Assembly: GCA_965248575.1 (NCBI GenBank)
Contig: CBDFJQ010000002.1
Location: 192,001 to 256,000, forward strand
Length of the DNA stretch: 64,000 nt
Direction: 5' to 3'
Source of the DNA: Planctomycetota bacterium
Lineage (GTDB): Bacteria; Planctomycetota; B15-G4
The translations under genes and the position numbers were made by a program. Shown one piece after another: positions 8,285 to 16,430 of the stretch; positions within the stretch are counted from its first letter, which is position 1, and every line of letters starts with the position of its first letter. The notes below the pieces were generated by a model. It was not told the DNA's origin. It was given only the letters and a program-made list of their open reading frames with translations, and did not search any database.

Positions 8285-10684
8285 ATGAGCAAGCCCCGCT
8301 GGATTGACGGGGGGGTCTTCCGCACCCTCCGTTCCGCCACCCGAAGCAGGAAACTCACAATCGTCGTGGGTCCTGGTCACGGCTCGGCGGAGATCTCCTC
8401 CCGAATTGCGCTGAAGGACGTGCTGGGCTCCGACGATCGGGCCGCCCTCGCTGACGATCCGCGCTTCAAGAGCAAGGCTGAGGAGGGCCTGCACTGGCTG
8501 CATCTGCTCAAGCAGGCCTGCGTCGTCACGACCTCGGTCAGCGATGCGCTCGAGGCCTCGTTTCCAGAGGAGCTGGATCTCAAGCCGCGGCTCTACGGAC
8601 CCGAGGGCAAGGGGGTCGCGAGCGCCTTCGACCGTAAGGACCCGTCCATCGTCCACCTGCACGGCTTCGCTGCTGAACCCGACACGCTGGTGTTGACGGC
8701 CAAGGACCGCAAGAAGCTGACCCGGCCTGACAGCCGCTACAATGCTTTTCTGAAGCAGGCCTTCTCACGCACGGTGCTCTTCACGGGCTTCGCCCTGGAC
8801 GACCCGGCGCTCAACGAGCTGCTTGAGGATGTGACGCGGGTGTTCAATGGCCATGTGCCGGCGAACATCGCCCTGATCCAGAGCGGCTCGACGGATCCGT
8901 CCGCTGCGCTGCGGGCCAACATGCACTTCGGCATGAGCCTGGTGGAGTTTCCCAAGGCGGTCGGTGTCGCTGGCGCCTTGCTGGACGTGACGCGTCTGCT
9001 GGAGGAGCTGGAAGTTCCCAAGCCGGCCACCGGCAATCCGCCTCGCGGGTTCACCGAGCTCACCACGGCGTTTCAGACTGAGGTCAGCCAGGCTGATGAG
9101 AGCGATCTGCTCCGGTTTGATGATGGCGACACCGCCAGCTGGGCTCCCATCAAGGCGGGCGCGGTGGCGGATCGCACGGCCGCAGGAGCCATCACGGAGG
9201 CCCTTTTGGAGGCTGCTCCCGAGCTTGAGGAGGGCGCGCCGGGCAAGGTTCGCCTGGTTCTCGTACGCGGCGCAGCGGGCGACGGCAAGACCACCCTCAT
9301 GCGCAAGCTGGCGTGGGATTTGGCCGAGAAGACGGCCGACAAGAAGCACACCCGGATCTTCTGGCGTGAAGACGGCGCTGGCTTGCCAGACGCCTACGTG
9401 CCGGCCGAGTCCGACGAGGCCACGGCGGTGTTCGTGATCGACGACGCCAGTGAGCTTGAGAGTCTGCCCGCCTTTCTCGCAAGCCTGGCAGCCACGGGGC
9501 TGGGCAAGGCTCGCGTGCTCCTGGCCGCGGACACCACACAATGGGACCGCTCGGGTCTGGATCACCGCATCCGTCGCGCGGTGAACGCCCTCGACGTGAC
9601 CCTGACGGGGGTCGATGAGGCCGAGGCCGAAGCCCTTTCGACGGGGCTTCAGGCGCGCGGCCGTCTCGCAGATGGAACCTCGGCGAGCGACGCAGCCAAG
9701 GGGCTTGTTGGAGGGGATGGGTCCGCTTTCGACCGGCTCATGTCTGCCAGCGGGCGGGGCGATATCACCGCGAGCGTGAAAAGCTCGGTGGATGCCCTGG
9801 CGGGTGCAGGTGAGTCTGAGCAGCTGCGAAAGGCCTATCTCGCTACCGCACTGGTCCACCAGCACGGCATGTCCGTGAGCGTGGGGCACCTGGCGAGCTT
9901 CCTCGGCATGGATGCCGCCCAGATCGGTGACACCGTCGTCGGCCCGCTCGGGAGATTGCTCGTCTCCGGGGGTGAAGGCTCCCTGAGGACACCGCACCCC
10001 ATGGTCGCCTCGGCTGCCGTGGCCGCCCTGGCACCCGATGAAGCTGCTCGTGACGAACTCAACCTTGAGCTGTTGAAGTCCATGCCCCAAGGCGGGGCTC
10101 AGGACGCCAAGGCCCTGCAGGCGCCGTCCGATCTGATCCGGGCCCGCCGGCAGCAGCCGATTCCGCCGCTCGTGCTCGGCAAGTTCTTCACCGCTGGTGA
10201 AGGCGCTGCGACCAACGACCGTCAGTTCTGGTTTGACCGCGGGCGCTACGAAACGGATTTCTCGCGCTGGGATCAGGCCCTTTCGGCCTTCGATCAGGCA
10301 CTTTGGCCCCGGCCGGGTGACGCGCGTGAGAAGGAGCACAACGCCGTCGTGCACGCCAACCGGGCACGCTGTCTCACATCCATGGGCAAGAAGAAGGACG
10401 CTCAGCGGGCCGTGGAAGATGGGCTTCGCCTCTCGCCACAGGATGGCGCCCTCTTGCGCTTGGCCGAGAAGTTGGGTGGCAGGCGCAAGCCCCCGCAAAG
10501 GCGCGGCGGGCCCCGCGGTGCAGGTGGCCGCTCAGGCGCGGGCGGCGGCGGTGGTGGGCGACCCGGTGGTGGCGGTGGCGGTGGCCGACCCGGTGCTGGC
10601 GGCGGTGGACGCGGTGGCCCCGGAGGCGGTGGGGGACCTGGCGGACGCGGCGGTCCTGGCGGCGGTCAGCAGCGACGAGCCTGA
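8285..10684 (+). CDS. SIR2-like domain + STAND-like P-loop NTPase + TPR + Gly/Arg-rich tail (NLR/Avs-like architecture)
   Basis: SIR2_2-like motifs VVTTSVSD, HLHG, VLFTGFALDDP; Walker A GAAGDGKT, Walker B VFVIDD; TPR-like helices near the C-terminus; RGG tail. ATG 8285 chosen because it lies downstream of the promoter. Confidence 0.7.
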   Translation: MSKPRWIDGGVFRTLRSATRSRKLTIVVGPGHGSAEISSRIALKDVLGSDDRAALADDPRFKSKAEEGLHWLHLLKQACVVTTSVSDALEASFPEELDLKPRLYGPEGKGVASAFDRKDPSIVHLHGFAAEPDTLVLTAKDRKKLTRPDSRYNAFLKQAFSRTVLFTGFALDDPALNELLEDVTRVFNGHVPANIALIQSGSTDPSAALRANMHFGMSLVEFPKAVGVAGALLDVTRLLEELEVPKPATGNPPRGFTELTTAFQTEVSQADESDLLRFDDGDTASWAPIKAGAVADRTAAGAITEALLEAAPELEEGAPGKVRLVLVRGAAGDGKTTLMRKLAWDLAEKTADKKHTRIFWREDGAGLPDAYVPAESDEATAVFVIDDASELESLPAFLASLAATGLGKARVLLAADTTQWDRSGLDHRIRRAVNALDVTLTGVDEAEAEALSTGLQARGRLADGTSASDAAKGLVGGDGSAFDRLMSASGRGDITASVKSSVDALAGAGESEQLRKAYLATALVHQHGMSVSVGHLASFLGMDAAQIGDTVVGPLGRLLVSGGEGSLRTPHPMVASAAVAALAPDEAARDELNLELLKSMPQGGAQDAKALQAPSDLIRARRQQPIPPLVLGKFFTAGEGAATNDRQFWFDRGRYETDFSRWDQALSAFDQALWPRPGDAREKEHNAVVHANRARCLTSMGKKKDAQRAVEDGLRLSPQDGALLRLAEKLGGRRKPPQRRGGPRGAGGRSGAGGGGGGRPGGGGGGGRPGAGGGGRGGPGGGGGPGGRGGPGGGQQRRA

Positions 10685-10762
10685 GCCTCTGGCGAGGAGC
10701 TGCAGGGCCGTTCTCAGAACGCCTTTCCCTCGGGCAAGGCCCCAGCCCAGCCGAGGGCCGGA

Positions 10763-11089
10763 TCAGACGGAGAAGGAGCTTCCGCAGCCGCAGGAGTCCG
10801 AAGCGTTGGGGTTGTTGAACACGAACCCTCGCTTGTTCACGTCGTCGTTGAAGTCGACGACCATGCTGTCCAGATAAGGGACTGCATCGGCGCTGAGGAC
10901 GACCTTGAGGTCCTCATACTCAGCGACTTGATCGCCCTCCTGGGTCTCCTTGTCAAAGGTCATGACATAGGAGAAACCGCTGCAACCGCCCCCTGAGACG
11001 CCCAACCGCAGGCAGGTTCCTTCGTCAGCCTGTTGGTCCTGGAGGATGCGGCGAACTTCGGAGACTGCAGCGTCCGTGAGGCGAATCAT
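10763..11089 (-). CDS. A-type Fe-S carrier (HesB/IscA/ErpA family), stand-alone copy
   Basis: GGGCSGFSY and CGCGSSF motifs. Confidence 0.92.
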   Translation of the reverse strand: MIRLTDAAVSEVRRILQDQQADEGTCLRLGVSGGGCSGFSYVMTFDKETQEGDQVAEYEDLKVVLSADAVPYLDSMVVDFNDDVNKRGFVFNNPNASDSCGCGSSFSV

Positions 11090-11123
11090 GATGCGATTCC
11101 GGTCTTGATGGGGGAGAGGATGT

Positions 11124-11143
11124 CCCGGGGATCGGGCCCCGGG
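11124..11143. terminator. Short GC hairpin between the small ORF and the A-type carrier gene
   Basis: CCCGGGG-N6-CCCCGGG. Confidence 0.3.
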
Positions 11144-11164
11144 AGGAGGGCTGAGGCCGAGGGC

Positions 11165-11365
11165 CTAGTGACGCCAGACCTTGGAGACCTCATCGGCCTC
11201 GAAGCGCCGCTGGGTTTCGCTATTCGGGTTGATGATCACTCCCCGCTGCTGCGTGGAGTTGTAGAGCATGCCGCCTCGGATGATCTCGCCATCCTTGAAG
11301 AACAGGGTGGCCACGTCGCCTGCCTCGATGCTGTCCAGCTTGGCGCACAGTTCCAGTGTGGTCAT
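11165..11365 (-). CDS. Small hypothetical protein (possible Sm/SH3-like beta fold)
   Basis: Host-like codon usage; GAGGG upstream of ATG 11365; strand pattern VATLFFKDGEIIRG. Confidence 0.6.
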   Translation of the reverse strand: MTTLELCAKLDSIEAGDVATLFFKDGEIIRGGMLYNSTQQRGVIINPNSETQRRFEADEVSKVWRH

Positions 11366-11751
11366 GATCTTCGCCCTCAAATGGAGAAGTGAGTCTCTTG
11401 TTCAGCGCCTGGCTTGATTGCCCTGCGCCTGCAGTGTGCTGGGGTTCCGAACGTTCGGCGCCCTTCCTGAGTCCTGTCTTTCTAGCTCAAAGTCAAGTCG
11501 GGCAAACTACCACACGAATTGAGAGCTGCCTAGACGAGCATTGGTCAGTCTTTTTCGTCCACGGGGCAGGATTCGTCCATGAGTGACTGCCCGCGCGGGG
11601 GCTGGGGATTACCCCGCCAAGCATGGGCCCAACGGGATACCTGAATAGCTCTCAGTTTCTGCCGGTCCACCTCATTCCTTGCGTCCGCAGGCTCAACGAG
11701 GGGATAAGAGGGGCTTGCCATTGGTATCCCACTCCGAGGGTGATCGCTCCC

Positions 11752-12177
11752 ATGCATGACCTGACGCGCCGACTCGAGTTTTCGGCTGCCCACCGCCTCC
11801 ACAACCCGGCGTTCACGGATGCCGAGAACAGCGCTTTGTATGGGGTCTGCAACAACCCCAGGGGCCATGGGCACAACTATGTCCTGGATGTGACCCTGAG
11901 AGGCGAGGCCGACCCGGAAACCGGCATGGTCATGGACCTCAATCGCCTGGCGGTGCTTCTAGACGAGGTGCTGTTCTCGGTGGTGGACCACAAGCACCTG
12001 GATCACGACGTGCCCTGGATGGAGGGCCGGGTCTCTACGGCCGAGAACGTGGTCGCGGCCATGTGGGAGCAGCTGGCCGAGCCCCTGGCTGGGCTGCTCT
12101 ACCGGATGCGGCTCTACGAGTCCGCGGCGAACTTCGTGGACTACTACGGCCCAGTCAGCTCCAGCAGCCGCGGCTAG
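11752..12177 (+). CDS. 6-pyruvoyl-tetrahydropterin synthase / QueD family protein
   Basis: FSAAHRL, CNNPRGHGHNY, DHKHL, STAEN and LYE motifs. Confidence 0.9.
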   Translation: MHDLTRRLEFSAAHRLHNPAFTDAENSALYGVCNNPRGHGHNYVLDVTLRGEADPETGMVMDLNRLAVLLDEVLFSVVDHKHLDHDVPWMEGRVSTAENVVAAMWEQLAEPLAGLLYRMRLYESAANFVDYYGPVSSSSRG

Positions 12178-13769
12178 GGGTCGTCGGGCTGGGGAGCCTC
12201 GCCCGAGGCCGCCGCTGCCCCTGCCGCCCCCCCCGGCCAGCGATCGAGCGGGGTGCCCGCGGGGATCTCGAAGTCGGCGTCGGACCCTCCGGCGTACCCG
12301 AGTTGGGCCATTTCTTCGGCCCGGTCGGCGGTGACCGTCGCGGTCCCCCCTGCATCGACCTGATCGAGGATCTCCCGATCCCGGTAGGCCTGCTTCAGCG
12401 AGCGCAGCAGGGTGTCGGCCGCTGGCTGGGAAAAGCTTGCGGTCTCGGCAACGTCCTTCTGCTCGTGGGGGTCCGTGGTCAGGTCGTAGGCGTCCAGCTG
12501 GCTCTCGGTGGCGTGGAAGATCACGCTCGACTGCTGAGTCCTCAGGGCGGCCTTGTAGTCACCCGGGAACATGACCCGCTCAGAGACCACCGGCTCGTTC
12601 TCCGTGGAACCGGAGTGCATGGCTTCCACCAGCGAGCTGCCCGCCATGGTGACGGGGCCTTCGATGTCCAGCAGCTCCAGCAGCGTTGGCATGACGTCGA
12701 TCAAGCTCGTCATGCCCTGGACTTCCGTGCCACCCAGCGTCCCGCCGGGGAGGCGCACGATGCAGGGCACGTGCAAATGTTCGCGGTACAGCTGGTCGTG
12801 TTCGAAGTCGCCGTGCTCAAGGAATTCTTCGCCGTGGTCGGCGAGGATCACCACGATCATCGAGTCCAGCTTGCCTGAGCGGCGCAGGCTCTCGATCAGA
12901 CGTCCCAGCTGGAAGTCCGTGTAGGCCACTTCGCCATCGTAGAGGTCGGACAAGTAGCGCGCCTCGTCCTCCCCGAAGCGTTCCTTGCCGTACCAGTAGG
13001 CCTTGGTCTCGTCGCCGTCGGGGCCGCGATTCATGACACTCCACTGCTTGTTGAATGGCAGCTGGCTGTAGAGCGCGACCCGGGCGCCAATGATGGGGCT
13101 TGGGTTCGGAGCGAAGCGCTGCTCGTACTCGGCCGGGGGCAGGTAGGGCCCGTGCACCTGGTAGGTGTGCATGAACACGAAGGGAGGTGTTCCCGCCTGT
13201 TCGGCCTGGTCGAATCGCTCCAGGGTTCGATTGACGACCTTCTTCACGTCCCACAGGGCCGTCTCGAAACGATCCTTGAAGCCGCGCCCGAAGCCCATCT
13301 CGTGCTGGATGTTGCCGCCCCCTGCGATGCAGGCGTTCCAATAACCGTTCCTGTTCAGCACCTGCGCGATGGTGAGCCGGTTGTGGGCCAGGATCGGCGT
13401 CTTCAAGCCCAATCGCTTGGACTGGTTGCGCACCTTGTGCACCGTCGGCAGCAGCGAGGTGAACAGGCTCATGTGTGCCGATGCGGTCTTGGGCGAGTTG
13501 CTGAACATGTCCCGGAACAGCACCGATTCCTGAGCCAAGGCGTCGAGGTTCGGGCTCGTGTCGCGGTCATAGCCGTAGCAGCCCAGGCGGTCGGCCCGGA
13601 GGGTGTCCACGGAGATCAGCAGCAGGCCCGCCCCAGGAAACGACAGCCGGTCGGCGTTGGGGAAGGCAGATGGTTCTGAGCAGCCTGGTCCAAGACCGCT
13701 GGTGACCGAGAGAAGGAGGACCAGGCCGACCGCTCGCAGTCGACGTGCAGAGCCATCAGGAGTGTGCAT
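12174..13769 (-). CDS. Sulfatase-like hydrolase (alkaline phosphatase superfamily), probable lipoprotein
   Basis: ISVDTLRADRLG, TSPNLD, YDGEVAYTD, ADHGEEF and VP motifs; Thr at the nucleophile position (PKTASAH); lipobox-like LGPGC. Confidence 0.85.
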   Translation of the reverse strand: MHTPDGSARRLRAVGLVLLLSVTSGLGPGCSEPSAFPNADRLSFPGAGLLLISVDTLRADRLGCYGYDRDTSPNLDALAQESVLFRDMFSNSPKTASAHMSLFTSLLPTVHKVRNQSKRLGLKTPILAHNRLTIAQVLNRNGYWNACIAGGGNIQHEMGFGRGFKDRFETALWDVKKVVNRTLERFDQAEQAGTPPFVFMHTYQVHGPYLPPAEYEQRFAPNPSPIIGARVALYSQLPFNKQWSVMNRGPDGDETKAYWYGKERFGEDEARYLSDLYDGEVAYTDFQLGRLIESLRRSGKLDSMIVVILADHGEEFLEHGDFEHDQLYREHLHVPCIVRLPGGTLGGTEVQGMTSLIDVMPTLLELLDIEGPVTMAGSSLVEAMHSGSTENEPVVSERVMFPGDYKAALRTQQSSVIFHATESQLDAYDLTTDPHEQKDVAETASFSQPAADTLLRSLKQAYRDREILDQVDAGGTATVTADRAEEMAQLGYAGGSDADFEIPAGTPLDRWPGGAAGAAAASGEAPQPDDP

Positions 13770-13771
13770 GC

Positions 13772-14539
13772 TCAGGCCGCGCTCGTGGATCGTCCACCCA
13801 TGAAGAGCCCCAAGAGCAGCAGGGCTGCCAGGACGAGGCTGCCCGTGACTTCCAGGCTGTCCCAGCTTTCCACAGCCTCGCCGCCGGCTCCTGCCGCGCC
13901 GCCCCCTGCGTTGCCTGAGCCGCCCCGCCGCCGGCCACCGGCCTGGCGCGGCGCACCGCCCGCCTGTGTGCTGGGCTGAGGCACTTCCACCGAGCGCAGC
14001 GTGGCGTCGAACTCAGGCCAGAGAAAGTTCCAGTCTCCGTCGAGGCAATCGATACGCAGCACCGCGAAGCGGGGCGAATCGCCAGCCACGGGGAAGAACA
14101 CATCGGTCTGCCGGATCGTGGCGCCATCCGAGCGGGTGCGGATGCCTTCGACACGCATGCCGTACTTGTAGTCCGGAGGCGTGAGCGACTGCTCGTTGTC
14201 CACCTCGACGCCCATCCTGACGTTGACCGCTTCCTTGAACTGGTCGGGGGAGGTGAACGGGTAGGGGCCGTCCTGGATCAGGAGCGCCATGTTCCGGTCG
14301 CGGCCTGTGGTGTCCCGCCAGCGGAATTCATGGCTGACATTGCCATCCGGACTGTCCGCACGGGACGTGATCTGGAATTCCTCGATCGCCCTGCCCGAGG
14401 CGGCAACCAATTCCTCCGGGGTCGTGGAGACCATGCCGGGGGGCGGGGTCATGGAAAAGCCGAAATCCGGGTCCGTGAAGGTCTCTTGCGCCTTCAGGGA
14501 AGGGGCGGCGAGGAGCAGGAACAGCAGCAGGGCGCGCAT
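13772..14539 (-). CDS. Exported hypothetical protein with Gly-rich linker and C-terminal TM anchor
   Basis: Signal peptide MRALLLFLLLAAPSLKA-Q; DPDFGFS..P motif resembles PsbP-like folds; C-terminal hydrophobic helix. Confidence 0.7.
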   Translation of the reverse strand: MRALLLFLLLAAPSLKAQETFTDPDFGFSMTPPPGMVSTTPEELVAASGRAIEEFQITSRADSPDGNVSHEFRWRDTTGRDRNMALLIQDGPYPFTSPDQFKEAVNVRMGVEVDNEQSLTPPDYKYGMRVEGIRTRSDGATIRQTDVFFPVAGDSPRFAVLRIDCLDGDWNFLWPEFDATLRSVEVPQPSTQAGGAPRQAGGRRRGGSGNAGGGAAGAGGEAVESWDSLEVTGSLVLAALLLLGLFMGGRSTSAA

Positions 14540-14680
14540 GGACGAGGTCCGCAGCGGGAGAGAATCGGGGCCGATACAGCCTTCATGATAGTGCATGCCA
14601 GCAACTGCTCCCAGAGCCGCGGGCTCGACAGGGGAGAATGTCCGTGGGATGCCGGGGGCGCTCGATAAGATGGGCCGCCA

Positions 14681-15367
14681 ATGAACGCACCTTGGTCGAT
14701 CGCTCTGGCATACGCAGTGGGCTGCGTTTCGTTTGCCGTTCTCGTGGCCAGGATCCGCGGTGTCGACATCCGCTCGGTGGGCAGCGGCAACCCCGGCGCC
14801 ACCAACGTAGGGCGCGCTCTGGGCAAGCCCTGGGGCATGGCTGTGCTCGCCCTGGACGTGGCCAAGGGCTTCCTGCCCGTGGCCCTGCTCACGGCGCCGG
14901 TCAGCCAGCTGGGGCTGGGGACGGAGTCCTCGTGGGTCCCGACCTGGGTGGATTCCGAGGGCCGTGTGCTCATCCTCGCCGCCGCCGTGCTGGGCCACGT
15001 GTATCCCGTGACCACGGGTTTCAAGGGCGGCAAGGGGGTCGCCACCCTGATCGGCGGAGCGGCCGCCTACGATCCGCTGCTGGCGCTCTTCGCGGTGCTG
15101 ACGCACCTCGTGCTCAAGAAGTTCTTGGGCTTCGTGTCCATCGCCAGCGTGGCCTTGGGTTGGGCCCTGCCCGTCGGCCAGGTGTTGGCGAGCGCTGTTG
15201 GCGTGGAGGGAGTTGAGCTCGGCGGTCGCGGCGTGCTGGCCCTCCTGGCGCTGCTGATCACCCTCAGGCACCTGGACAACTTCCGTAGAATTCGCGCCGG
15301 TACGGAGGATCGTTACGATGGCCCCGATCTCCCAGGCGATGGTGCAGGTGGGCAAGCCGGTGATTGA
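14681..15367 (+). CDS. plsY: Glycerol-3-phosphate 1-O-acyltransferase
   Basis: GSGNPGATNVGR, DVAKG, GHVYP, FKGGKGVAT and RH..NF.R motifs; directly upstream of gpsA. Confidence 0.95.
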   Translation: MNAPWSIALAYAVGCVSFAVLVARIRGVDIRSVGSGNPGATNVGRALGKPWGMAVLALDVAKGFLPVALLTAPVSQLGLGTESSWVPTWVDSEGRVLILAAAVLGHVYPVTTGFKGGKGVATLIGGAAAYDPLLALFAVLTHLVLKKFLGFVSIASVALGWALPVGQVLASAVGVEGVELGGRGVLALLALLITLRHLDNFRRIRAGTEDRYDGPDLPGDGAGGQAGD

Positions 15368-15418
15368 TCCCGATCGCGCGATCGGGCAAGAGACGACGAT
15401 GCAAAGGCGGTTTGATTG

Positions 15419-16414
15419 ATGGAAAAAGTCGCGGTTCTGGGTGACGGAGCGTGGGGATCTGCGCTCGCAACGGTGTTGGTGGAGCGCGGTGCGTCCGTGA
15501 TCCAGTGGGCACACTCGCAGCAAGTCGCCGAGGAGATGAACACCTTCCGTGAGAATCGGAGATACCTGCCGGGCTTCCCCATCCCCGAGGGCATCACCGT
15601 CTCGTCGGACCCTGGCTTCTTCGAGCACGCCGACCTGATCGTGAGCGTGGTGCCGAGCCGTTTCCTGCGGGACGTGCTGACTCAGCTGTCGGAGCATCTG
15701 CGCAAGGGCCGCCCGTTCATCTCTGCTACCAAGGGGCTTGAGGTGAAGGGAAACCTCAGGGCGTCACAGATCATCGCCGAGGTGGCGGGCCCGCGCCCGC
15801 TCGCCGTTCTCTCGGGCCCGTCCCACGCGGAAGAGGTGGCGGCGCGTATGCCCACCGCCGTCGTGGCGGCCTCGGAGGATCCAGGCTTCGCGCTGCGTGT
15901 CCAGGACCTCTTCACGACCGAACGCTTCCGGGTCTACACCTCCGAAGACATGGTGGGAGTGGAGTACGGCGGGGCACTCAAGAACGTCTTGTCCATTGCG
16001 GGCGGTCTCGTCGACGGCTTGGGCTTCGGTGACAACACGAAGGCAGCCCTGCTCACCCGTGGGCAGGCGGAGATGTCGCGACTGGGCGTTGCGCTGGGCG
16101 GACGGCTTGAGACGTTCAGCGGGCTCTCCGGCATCGGCGATCTGGTCGTGAGCTGCGTGAGCCCGCACGGCCGCAACCGTTCCGTGGGCGAGAAGATCGG
16201 TCAGGGGGCTTCCCTGGACGAGGTCTTGCCAACCATTCCCGGCGTGCCGGAAGGTGTGACGACGGTCCGCGCGGTGGTGGAGTTGGCAGACCAGCTCGGC
16301 ATCGACATGCCCATCTGCCGCGAGATCCACGACGTGCTGTTCAACAACAAGCCACCGTTGGATGCGGTGCGCGACCTGATGACGCGCCAGCAGAAGGACG
16401 AAGTCGCCATCTAG
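15419..16414 (+). CDS. gpsA: NAD(P)H-dependent glycerol-3-phosphate dehydrogenase
   Basis: GDGAWGSALA, TKGLE, LSGPSHA, GGALKN, GDN, GDL...RN motifs. Confidence 0.95.
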   Translation: MEKVAVLGDGAWGSALATVLVERGASVIQWAHSQQVAEEMNTFRENRRYLPGFPIPEGITVSSDPGFFEHADLIVSVVPSRFLRDVLTQLSEHLRKGRPFISATKGLEVKGNLRASQIIAEVAGPRPLAVLSGPSHAEEVAARMPTAVVAASEDPGFALRVQDLFTTERFRVYTSEDMVGVEYGGALKNVLSIAGGLVDGLGFGDNTKAALLTRGQAEMSRLGVALGGRLETFSGLSGIGDLVVSCVSPHGRNRSVGEKIGQGASLDEVLPTIPGVPEGVTTVRAVVELADQLGIDMPICREIHDVLFNNKPPLDAVRDLMTRQQKDEVAI

Positions 16415-16430
16415 GCCGCGGCTTCGCGTG

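Noticed and set aside
8765..10498. 577-aa minus-strand ORF within the SIR2-STAND gene
   Set aside because: Antisense shadow with no recognisable domain.
10500..10680. GGC/GGT repeats as a CRISPR array or VNTR
   Set aside because: They are Gly codons within a CDS; no repeat-spacer structure.
11480..11510. Possible IscR-like site (..AGTCGGG..) upstream of the small ORF and A-type carrier
   Set aside because: Only a half-site resemblance; no convincing palindrome.
11390..11750. PreQ1 riboswitch upstream of the QueD-family gene
   Set aside because: No recognisable preQ1 stem with A-rich tail by eye; an Rfam search would be needed.
14540..15697. N-terminal extension of the 641-aa ORF 13772..15697
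   Set aside because: Overlaps plsY and gpsA antisense; a signal peptide starts at ATG 14539.
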